Assembly: GCA_017381715.1 (NCBI GenBank)
Contig: JAFOBR010000013.1
Location: forward strand, 12,170-76,169
DNA: 64,000 nt
Reading direction: 5' to 3'
Source of the DNA: Clostridia bacterium
GTDB taxonomy: Bacteria > Bacillota > Clostridia > Oscillospirales > CAG-382
In this document: positions 1 through 7,354 of the stretch, piece after piece
Position numbering within the stretch: position 1 is the stretch's first letter
Layout of the letters: each line of letters starts with the position of its first letter
The notes under the pieces: generated by a model
What the model was told of the DNA's origin: nothing
Seen by the model: only the letters and a program-made list of their open reading frames with translations
The model's database searches: none
Program-made: the position numbers and the translations under genes

Positions 1-1642
1 CGCGTATTTGCTTGAAGGAAGGCAGACGACGGTTTACGTTCATAATCTGCGTTCTGAGTGCAGAGGATATTTCCTCTTCAGACATACCCTTGAACTTATC
101 GTAATCGGGGAAAAGTACTGCTGTGAGAACCACATCGTCGTCATTTTCTCTGCCCACTACGACACATTCTTTGATAACGTCAATATTTTCAAGATATTCT
201 TCGATCTCTTCGGGATAAACGTTTTTACCGTTGGTGAGAACTATAATATTCTTCTTTCTGCCGCTGATAAATATATATCCGTCTTTATCAACATAACCGT
301 AATCGCCGGTACGGAAGTATCCGTCTGCGGTGAAGGCTTCCTTAGTTGCTTCGGGGTTGTTATAGTATCCAAGCATTACGTTGGGGCCCTTAACACAAAT
401 TTCGCCGATTTCACCGGTTTCTGCTTCGTAAACCACGCCGTAATTGTTATCAACGATAATCTTTACGCTGGAGCCAATAGCTGCACGACCTACAGAACCA
501 ACCTTATGGGTGGAAGAAGGGTTAACGGCAACAAGAGGAGAGCATTCGGTAATGCCGTAGCCCTGCTCGATTCTTATGCCCACAGAATCAAACCATTTAA
601 CTATATCGGGATTAACTGCTGCGCCGCCGCATACGATCTTAGTTACGTTTCCGCCAAGATTGTCAATGATCTCCTTAAACATATTTCTACGAAGATCAAT
701 ACCTACTTTGCGCGCCGCACCGGTGATCGCCATACCTGTCTTAACAGTACCGGATTTTCCTTTTTTCTCTATCTCATCGGTAATACGTCTGTAAATAGTA
801 TTAACAAACAGAGGAACGAGAACCAGTCCGGTAGGCTTGAAGAGTGCTACGTTCTTCATAAAGTATTTAAGACTGTTATTAAAGCAAATGGTAACACCAC
901 ATGTCATTGCAGCGATATTGCCTGCGGTACATTCGTATGTATGGTGAAGAGGAAGTGCAGAGATATTAACGTCATCCGCAGAAAAGTCAACTTCGTTTAC
1001 ACACTGATATGCGTTGAACAAAAGGTTATTCTGGGAAAGCATTACTCCCTTGCTGGTACCGGTGGTACCGGAGGTAAATACAAGGGAAGCCAAAACAGAA
1101 GTATCGGGACGGTAATTACAGAACGTCTTGTTTCCGTTTTTATAATCCGCAAGACCTTCTTTCATAAGCTTGGAAAATGTAAAGTGTCCGCGTGCTTCAG
1201 AAGCTTCGCAATCATCAAGATTAATAAAGATACCTTCTGCAGGCTTTGCGTCTTTTACCTTGTCATAATGAGATTCGGTATAAAAAACACCATCACACTC
1301 TGCGTATTCAACAAAGTTACATATCTGCTCTGCGAAAAGCTCTTTATCAAGAGGAACAATAACACCGCCGGCAGACATAACGGATAAGAACGAGCTCATC
1401 CACTCGGGCTTGCTTTCGCCAACTATAGCAAAACGCTTTCCGTTCCACCCGCGGTTAAAAAGGGTTGTACCCATTCCCATAAACCAGTCTTTATACTGAT
1501 TAAAGCTTACTTCACGGATATCTTTACCTACGTAATATTTATATAAAACGTTATCACCATAAGAATCTGCAACAAAGTTTACGATATCGTGCATAGAATT
1601 AAAAAGCGGATATCTTGGCTTTGTCTCTTTGATCTTTTTCAA
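1..1642 (-). CDS. Long-chain acyl-CoA synthetase / AMP-dependent ligase (3' end runs off the window)
   Basis: This gene is not in the ORF track because it has no stop inside the window. My own minus-strand translation starts at TTG 1642, with GGAAGGA about 11 nt upstream. It reads ...LVFTSGTTGTSKGVMLSQNN... (AMP-binding motif), ...EQGYGITECSP... and ...RTGDYGYVDKDGYIFISGRKKNIIVLTNG..., and stays open to base 2. The + ORF 8..1387 is its codon-aligned shadow. Confidence 0.85.
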   Translation of the reverse strand, partial: MKKIKETKPRYPLFNSMHDIVNFVADSYGDNVLYKYYVGKDIREVSFNQYKDWFMGMGTTLFNRGWNGKRFAIVGESKPEWMSSFLSVMSAGGVIVPLDKELFAEQICNFVEYAECDGVFYTESHYDKVKDAKPAEGIFINLDDCEASEARGHFTFSKLMKEGLADYKNGNKTFCNYRPDTSVLASLVFTSGTTGTSKGVMLSQNNLLFNAYQCVNEVDFSADDVNISALPLHHTYECTAGNIAAMTCGVTICFNNSLKYFMKNVALFKPTGLVLVPLFVNTIYRRITDEIEKKGKSGTVKTGMAITGAARKVGIDLRRNMFKEIIDNLGGNVTKIVCGGAAVNPDIVKWFDSVGIRIEQGYGITECSPLVAVNPSSTHKVGSVGRAAIGSSVKIIVDNNYGVVYEAETGEIGEICVKGPNVMLGYYNNPEATKEAFTADGYFRTGDYGYVDKDGYIFISGRKKNIIVLTNGKNVYPEEIEEYLENIDVIKECVVVGRENDDDVVLTAVLFPDYDKFKGMSEEEISSALRTQIMNVNRRLPSFKQIR

Positions 1643-1714
1643 TTTATCACATATCCTTCCAATTTAATAGTCATCCTATATTATACCCCAAACATCAATA
1701 TTGTCAAGAGAATT

Positions 1715-1744
1715 GCATAAAATTTATGTTTTTCGTGCAGATTA
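1715..1744 (+). promoter_or_regulatory. Possible forespore (sigma-G/F-type) promoter of the spoVA operon
   Basis: GCATA (1715-1719), an 18-nt spacer, then CAGATTA (1738-1744). This resembles the GnATR / CATnnTA consensus and lies 25 nt upstream of the spoVAC start. It is a pattern match only. Confidence 0.3.
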
Positions 1745-1768
1745 TTCTTAAGAATAAGAGGTGAAAAG

Positions 1769-2218
1769 GTGAACAGAAAACAATATATTGAGTTTGCAGA
1801 GGGGCGCGCCAAACGCACCTCATCGCTAAAAAACTGTATTTGGGCATTTATCACAGGTGGTATGATATGCGTTATCGGTCAGCTGCTGTTCTTTGTATAC
1901 AGCACATTTATGAAGGATGAAAAAAGCGCATATTCCTTGGCTTCGGTAACGCTGGTGTTTTTAGCGGGGCTTTTAACGGGTTTAGGATTGTTTGATAAGT
2001 TTGCAAACTTTGCAGGTGCAGGGACTCTTGTGCCAATAACCGGTTTTGCAAATGCTGTTGCGTCACCCGCAATTGAGGGTAAAAGCGAAGGATATATCAA
2101 AGGAGTTGCAACACAAATGTTTGTAATTGCAGGACCGGTTATTGTCTACGGCTCTGCGTCCAGCGTAATATACGGCATAATTTATTATATTTATATGGTG
2201 ATTGCAGGTAATATATGA
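1769..2218 (+). CDS. spoVAC: Stage V sporulation protein AC
   Basis: The protein is 149 aa and polytopic, with GTG start after AAGAGGTGAAAAG. The translation (...FANFAGAGTLVPITGFANAVASPAIE...) is typical SpoVAC. Its stop overlaps the spoVAD start (ATGA). Confidence 0.9.
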   Translation: MNRKQYIEFAEGRAKRTSSLKNCIWAFITGGMICVIGQLLFFVYSTFMKDEKSAYSLASVTLVFLAGLLTGLGLFDKFANFAGAGTLVPITGFANAVASPAIEGKSEGYIKGVATQMFVIAGPVIVYGSASSVIYGIIYYIYMVIAGNI

Positions 2219-3204
2219 AAACCGAAATTATTAAATTTGATAACGTATTCCTTAATCAAACCGCTGCTGTTGTCGGATCAAAGGAAAAAGAAGGACCTTT
2301 GGGAGATAAATTTGACAGCTTTTGCGAAGATGACCGTTTTGGGCAGGATACCTGGGAAAAATCTGAAACGGAAATGGTTAAAAGAACCCTTGAAGCTTTA
2401 TTAACAAAAAGCGACTACGATTGGAAAGATATAGATTTATTGGCAGGCGGTGATCTGCTGGACCAATGCATCGCAACATCCCACGCAGTAAATAACAACG
2501 GTATCCCCTACCTCGGCCTTTACGGTGCTTGCTCTACCGCAGCGGAAGGATTGATAATCGGTTCTGCTTTTGCGGAAAAAGGTATGGTTGTGGGAACACT
2601 CGCTTCCTCCCATTTTTGTTCTGCGGAACGGCAGTTCAGATTCCCGTTAGAATACGGGAGTCAAAGGACTCCAACCGCTCAAAATACGGTAACGGGCTGC
2701 GGCAGCTTTTTGTTAAGTCAAAATAAAAGTCTTGTAAGAATAACAGAAGCGGTAATAGGAAAAATTCAGGATAACGGCATTTCCGACGCAAACAATATGG
2801 GAGCGGCTATGGCAACCGCAGCTATAGACACACTCACCCGTTATTTGCAAAATTCGGGAAAAAATGTTAATGATTTTGATCTGATAGCAACCGGCGACCT
2901 TGGCCACGAAGGCTTTGAGCTGGCAAAAGAATATGCGAAAAGCACCGGTCTTATTCTGGGAGACAATTTTATGGATTGCGGTATGATGATATACGATCTT
3001 AACACACAGGACGTGCAAGCGGGAGGCAGCGGTTGCGGGTGCTCTGCCAGTGTCTTTGCCGCCGATATTTGCCCAAGAATTGCTGACGGTGAGCTGAAGC
3101 ACGTACTTTTGATCGGCACCGGCGCGCTGCTTTCCCCGAAAAGTATTATCCAAAATAAAATCATTCCGAGCGTTGCCCATCTGGTCTGTTTTGAGAGGTG
3201 TTGA
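2215..3204 (+). CDS. spoVAD: Stage V sporulation protein AD (thiolase-fold)
   Basis: The protein is 329 aa, with N-terminus MKTEIIKFDNVFLNQTAAVVGSKEKEGPLG... and ...GGSGCGCSA.... Its position between spoVAC and spoVAEB supports the call. Confidence 0.9.
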   Translation: MKTEIIKFDNVFLNQTAAVVGSKEKEGPLGDKFDSFCEDDRFGQDTWEKSETEMVKRTLEALLTKSDYDWKDIDLLAGGDLLDQCIATSHAVNNNGIPYLGLYGACSTAAEGLIIGSAFAEKGMVVGTLASSHFCSAERQFRFPLEYGSQRTPTAQNTVTGCGSFLLSQNKSLVRITEAVIGKIQDNGISDANNMGAAMATAAIDTLTRYLQNSGKNVNDFDLIATGDLGHEGFELAKEYAKSTGLILGDNFMDCGMMIYDLNTQDVQAGGSGCGCSASVFAADICPRIADGELKHVLLIGTGALLSPKSIIQNKIIPSVAHLVCFERC

Positions 3205-3205
3205 A

Positions 3206-3574
3206 ATGCAAATCGACTATCTTTTGATTCTTAAAGCCTTTTTGATAGGCGGCATTTTATGCGTTATAGCCCAGATTTTAATAGATAAAACCAAGCTTAC
3301 CCCTGCTTATATTCTGGTAGGATACGTTTGTTCAGGAGTTTTGCTTAACGGCTTGGGGATTTATCCAAAGCTTGTAAAATGGGCAGGAGCGGGCGCTACA
3401 GTGCCTCTTACGGGGTTCGGAAACACACTTGCCGAAGGCGTAAAGCAGGCAATAGAAAAAGACGGGGCTTTCGGAATCATATACGGCGGTATTTCAGCTA
3501 CTGCTGCCGGAATAACCGCTGCTATACTTTTTGCTTTGCTGTGGTCTATACTCTTTAAAAGCAAGAACAAATAA
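3206..3574 (+). CDS. spoVAEB: Stage V sporulation protein AE (AEB-type)
   Basis: ATG 3206 follows GAGAGGTG; the track start at 3173 lies inside spoVAD. The membrane protein has ...WAGAGATVPLTGFGNTLAEG..., paralogous to the SpoVAC motif. Confidence 0.85.
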   Translation: MQIDYLLILKAFLIGGILCVIAQILIDKTKLTPAYILVGYVCSGVLLNGLGIYPKLVKWAGAGATVPLTGFGNTLAEGVKQAIEKDGAFGIIYGGISATAAGITAAILFALLWSILFKSKNK

Positions 3575-3577
3575 CCG

Positions 3578-3606
3578 TTGCAAAAATCAATAATATATGT
3601 TATATT
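3578..3606 (+). promoter_or_regulatory. Sigma-A-type promoter for the CDF transporter gene
   Basis: TTGCAA (3578-3583), a 17-nt spacer, then TGtTATATT extended -10 (3598-3606). Confidence 0.5.
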
Positions 3607-3633
3607 GAATATGGTTATTTTGGAGGTATGCTT

Positions 3634-4803
3634 ATGATAAAACTGCTGGCTTCGATATTTATAAAAGACCGTGAAAACCACCGCCTGCCCGCTGTAAGAC
3701 GAGCTTACGGTATTCTGTGCGGAATCGTAGGTATATGCCTTAATGTTTTGCTGTTTGCCATTAAATTTATTGCAGGTACCCTTTCCGGTGCAATTTCTAT
3801 AATGGCAGATGCTTTTAACAACCTGTCGGATGCGGGCACTTCGATTATAACACTCATAGGATTTAAGCTTTCCGGTTCTAAGCCGGATTCCGACCACCCC
3901 TTCGGTCACGGCAGATACGAATATATAACCGCCCTTATGGTGGCGATGCTTATAATGCTTATGGGATTCGAATTGGCAACGGAATCTATAAGCAAAATAA
4001 TTACCCCTGCACAAGTGGAGTTTTCTTATATCGCTATCGGAATTCTGATTGTTTCTGTACTGATAAAGCTTTATATGGCGTTTTACAACCGTGCAGTACA
4101 CAAAAAAATAAACTCCCCTTCCCTTTCTGCCACCGCTGCCGATTCACTTTCCGATTGTATTGCAACCACCGTTATTTTGGGTTCGATGATTATTTCAAAG
4201 GTGTGGAGCATTAACATTGACGCTTGGTGCGGTCTTGCAGTTTCTGTGTTTATACTTTACAACGGATTTAAAGCCGCAAAGGAAACTATTTCTCCCCTTT
4301 TGGGTCAACCGCCGGAAAAGGAATTTGTAGAAAGTATAGAAGCCATTGTATTGTCTGAAGAATGTGTGCACGGTATTCATGACCTTGTGGTACACGATTA
4401 CGGCCCCGGCAGAGTTATGATATCTCTTCACGCTGAAGTACCCGCAGATGCGGATATGCTTGAAACACACGATGCTATAGACAATATAGAACGCAGACTG
4501 CGGCAGGAACTGAACTGCGAAGCAGTCATACATATGGACCCCATACTGACCGATGATGAAACCACAAATAAGCTTAAAAAGATTGTTGCAGACCTTCTTT
4601 CCACCATTGGCGAAGGTGTAAGTATTCACGATTTCCGCGTGGTTACAGGTCCCACCCACACAAACCTTATATTTGACATTGTTATCCCCTACGAACTTAA
4701 GCTTGACAGAAAAACTGTTACCGAAAAAGTAAACAGCCTTATATCCACAATCGATGGTAATTATTATCCTGTCTTCAACATTGACAACGTATACGTAAAA
4801 TAA
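3634..4803 (+). CDS. Cation diffusion facilitator (CDF) family metal efflux transporter
   Basis: The translation has ...SIMADAFNNLSDAG... and ...DSDHPFGHGRYEY... signatures, six TM helices and a C-terminal cytoplasmic domain. ATG 3634 is 7 nt after GGAGG; the track start at 3628 is only 1 nt after it. Confidence 0.85.
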   Translation: MIKLLASIFIKDRENHRLPAVRRAYGILCGIVGICLNVLLFAIKFIAGTLSGAISIMADAFNNLSDAGTSIITLIGFKLSGSKPDSDHPFGHGRYEYITALMVAMLIMLMGFELATESISKIITPAQVEFSYIAIGILIVSVLIKLYMAFYNRAVHKKINSPSLSATAADSLSDCIATTVILGSMIISKVWSINIDAWCGLAVSVFILYNGFKAAKETISPLLGQPPEKEFVESIEAIVLSEECVHGIHDLVVHDYGPGRVMISLHAEVPADADMLETHDAIDNIERRLRQELNCEAVIHMDPILTDDETTNKLKKIVADLLSTIGEGVSIHDFRVVTGPTHTNLIFDIVIPYELKLDRKTVTEKVNSLISTIDGNYYPVFNIDNVYVK

Positions 4804-4806
4804 AGT

Positions 4807-4836
4807 AAAATCCCCGAATTAAATTCCGGGGATTTT
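4807..4836. terminator. Bidirectional stem-loop between convergent genes
   Basis: AAAATCCCCG (4807-4816) pairs perfectly with CGGGGATTTT (4827-4836). An A-run and a T-run flank it. Confidence 0.6.
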
Positions 4837-4839
4837 ATC

Positions 4840-5127
4840 TTATATATTCATTATAAAACTGTATTGTGATTTTTTGAAAATAAAACCGCATTTTTCGTAA
4901 AACTTGTGAGCTTCGGAACGTTCAGCGCCCGAATTTAACCTAATAGCAACAGCACCTCGTTCCAACGCCCAATTCACAAGTGTTTTTAAAAGCACCCTGC
5001 CAACACCTATTCTGCGATACATTTTACACACAGCTATTCCCAACACGTTCACCATTGGCTCGGCGTATAATAAATTAAATTCGCAGCCGTGAATATAACC
5101 TATTACCTCTTTATTTGGTAATGCCAA
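4840..5127 (-). pseudogene. 5'-truncated GNAT N-acetyltransferase remnant
   Basis: The 95 aa contain only the C-terminal GNAT half (...VIGYIHG..., acetyl-CoA motif YRRIGVGRVLL, ...FYEKCGF). The frame is closed by TAA 6 codons upstream of the TTG start. The N-terminal ~45-50 aa of a normal GNAT are absent, and the operon terminator sits where they should be. Confidence 0.5.
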
Positions 5128-5160
5128 TATAATACGTTCCCGCCATTATTTCAATCAAAA

Positions 5161-5196
5161 AGACAAAAAGAGTTGCTTTTGAAAGCAACTCTTTTT
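5161..5196 (-). terminator. Rho-independent terminator of the 12-kb operon
   Basis: AAAAAGAGTTGCTTT (5165-5179) pairs with AAAGCAACTCTTTTT (5182-5196), a perfect 15-nt inverted repeat. On the minus strand UUUUUGUCU follows the stem. Confidence 0.75.
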
Positions 5197-5211
5197 ATGT
5201 GATTAATTTTA

Positions 5212-6324
5212 TTAACCTGTAATACCGGAACGCTCAACGCCTTCGATAAGGGTACGCTGACCGAAGAGATACATAATAAGCAAAGGAATGAGTATGAGAA
5301 TACCGCAACCATTTCTGATAGCAGTTTCATATGCCATCTGACCGGCATACTCGGTATCCAAAGACTTAGGTATCGAAACGATATTATTAAGCAATATGTT
5401 ACCGCCGGAAGCGGGCATAAACAGATCGGTGTAGAACGTATCTGTCCACTGCCATGAGAAGGAGAACATAAAGATGGTAACCATCATGGCGGTTGACATC
5501 GGCAGGATTATACGGACAAAGGTCTTTATAACGCCTGCACCGTCAACGTATGCAGCTTCTTCCAATTCGTCGGGAACGCCTCTGTAGTACTGACGCATCA
5601 TGAAGATGTACAGACCGTTCTTAAATGCAAGACCGGTAAGAGAAAGGATCGCCATGGGCCAGTATGTATTAAGCGCGTTGGGGATAAGTCCGATGAAATC
5701 TGTGAATTTTTCGTATGTTTCGGGAGAAATAGTTCCGCCATCAAACATATTGAAAATCCATCCGTTTAACTGCGGTATGATACCGATAAGATCCAGATAA
5801 CGGAAACGCAGTATCATTGCCTGACGGATAGTTTCGTGAGGAACTACCATGGTAAAGATTACCAGCAGGAACAGGATACCCTTGAACTTGAACTTGAACT
5901 TCGCAAAGCCGTAGCCTACGATAGCGCAAACCAAGGTCTGGGATACACCGCAAAGCAAAGAAAGTGTTGTGGTGTTAAACAAAGCGGTAAAGTACTTGTT
6001 ATCGTTAATAATCGCCTTGTAAGTATCCAACGTCCAGTTACGAGGAATCATAAGAACGGTGGTATCAACAAAGTCTTCCCTCGCCATAAGAGAGGTGGTG
6101 ATCTTTGAGAAATACGGATAGATAATTACATAGGAAATACCGATAAGAAGAACCAATCTGAAGATAACCCAACCGAGCTTCTTAACGAAAAACATGTTAA
6201 AGTATTTAGCCTTAATACGCTCCCATAAAGAAGTTTCGGTATCTATCTTTGCGTTACCGGTTACGATTTTTTCAGGCTTTTTCTTTTTTGTAAAAAGACC
6301 TTTTAATTTTTCTGTAAAACTCAT
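5212..6324 (-). CDS. ABC transporter permease (MalG-like, CUT1-type) with N-terminal and loop insertions
   Basis: The protein is 370 aa and polytopic, with EAA loop ...DELEEAAYVDGAGVIKTFVRIILPMS.... Confidence 0.9.
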   Translation of the reverse strand: MSFTEKLKGLFTKKKKPEKIVTGNAKIDTETSLWERIKAKYFNMFFVKKLGWVIFRLVLLIGISYVIIYPYFSKITTSLMAREDFVDTTVLMIPRNWTLDTYKAIINDNKYFTALFNTTTLSLLCGVSQTLVCAIVGYGFAKFKFKFKGILFLLVIFTMVVPHETIRQAMILRFRYLDLIGIIPQLNGWIFNMFDGGTISPETYEKFTDFIGLIPNALNTYWPMAILSLTGLAFKNGLYIFMMRQYYRGVPDELEEAAYVDGAGVIKTFVRIILPMSTAMMVTIFMFSFSWQWTDTFYTDLFMPASGGNILLNNIVSIPKSLDTEYAGQMAYETAIRNGCGILILIPLLIMYLFGQRTLIEGVERSGITG

Positions 6325-6335
6325 AACGCACCTCC

Positions 6336-7340
6336 TTACTTTTCACGACGCTGATAGAATACGAACAGCGACGCAAATGCGGTACAGATTGCAAGAATAA
6401 GTATAACTATAAGGAAGTACAGCCAAGCCATTGCAGTACCGAGAGGCTTACCATTAGCTTCGTTACTTGCAGTAGTGATAAAGGACATCATTACGTTGGA
6501 CTTGGTAGTAAAGGAGTCGATTATAGTATAAACAAGGTTAACGAGAATCATGGGGCTGATCATGGGGAAAGTGATCTTCCAGAAGGTTTCCCAACCGGTA
6601 GCACCCTCAACCTTACAGGATTCGTATATCGAAGGAGATATAGACTGAAGAGCTGCAAGGAATATAAGCATCTGAACACCGGAACGGTTTACGATGTTGT
6701 ATACGTTGTTTGCCCATCCGCTAACGATGCCGGCGAGTTCAGAACCGATTTTCATGGATCCGAAGAAACGCTCAACGTCGATAGCATTAATAATCTCGGT
6801 ACCGGTATTCACAGCGCCCTCAACACCGTCTCCGTTAAGGTTGGAAACCTGGTCGCCAAGCTGAGCAAGAGTGTTCTGAAGGTCGATAGATTCAATAATA
6901 CCGGTGGATACTATAACGGGAACGAAGAAGATTGCACGGAATGCCGCTCTTCCCTTCATATCCTGGTTAAGCAAAATTGCCATAAACAGAGAGAATATGA
7001 TAATTGCGGGAATATCGAATGCCATTCCGCCAAGACACTCAACGAGTGTCTTGGTGAAATCTGCTTCTTTTAAAAGTGCATTTGAATAGTTAGTGAAAAG
7101 AGGTTTACACCATGTAAGCACCTGTCCGATATCCTCATACGCGATGGTACTGAAGGAAATCTGGATAGAAGAAACTATCATGGGGAGATAAATGAGGAAG
7201 AAACCAAGAAGGAACGGAAGTATAAACAGCCAACCGAAGGTCGATTTCTGTTTTTCAAGAGACTTTGCTTTTCTCTTTTTAACCTTCAAAGGCTTTACTT
7301 CAACGGTAGCTTGCTCGTTTGTTTTAAGCGCCTTATCCAT
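6336..7340 (-). CDS. ABC transporter permease (MalF-like, CUT1-type)
   Basis: The protein is 334 aa and polytopic, with EAA loop ...YESCKVEGATGWETFWKITFPMISP.... Confidence 0.9.
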   Translation of the reverse strand: MDKALKTNEQATVEVKPLKVKKRKAKSLEKQKSTFGWLFILPFLLGFFLIYLPMIVSSIQISFSTIAYEDIGQVLTWCKPLFTNYSNALLKEADFTKTLVECLGGMAFDIPAIIIFSLFMAILLNQDMKGRAAFRAIFFVPVIVSTGIIESIDLQNTLAQLGDQVSNLNGDGVEGAVNTGTEIINAIDVERFFGSMKIGSELAGIVSGWANNVYNIVNRSGVQMLIFLAALQSISPSIYESCKVEGATGWETFWKITFPMISPMILVNLVYTIIDSFTTKSNVMMSFITTASNEANGKPLGTAMAWLYFLIVILILAICTAFASLFVFYQRREK

Positions 7341-7354
7341 TATATTCCCTCCTG

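Noticed and set aside
8-1387. A 459-aa + strand ORF at the window start.
   Set aside because: It is a shadow of the minus-strand acyl-CoA synthetase, whose AMP-binding motifs (TSGTTGTSKG, GYGITE) I read directly. The + ORF has no recognisable motif or RBS.
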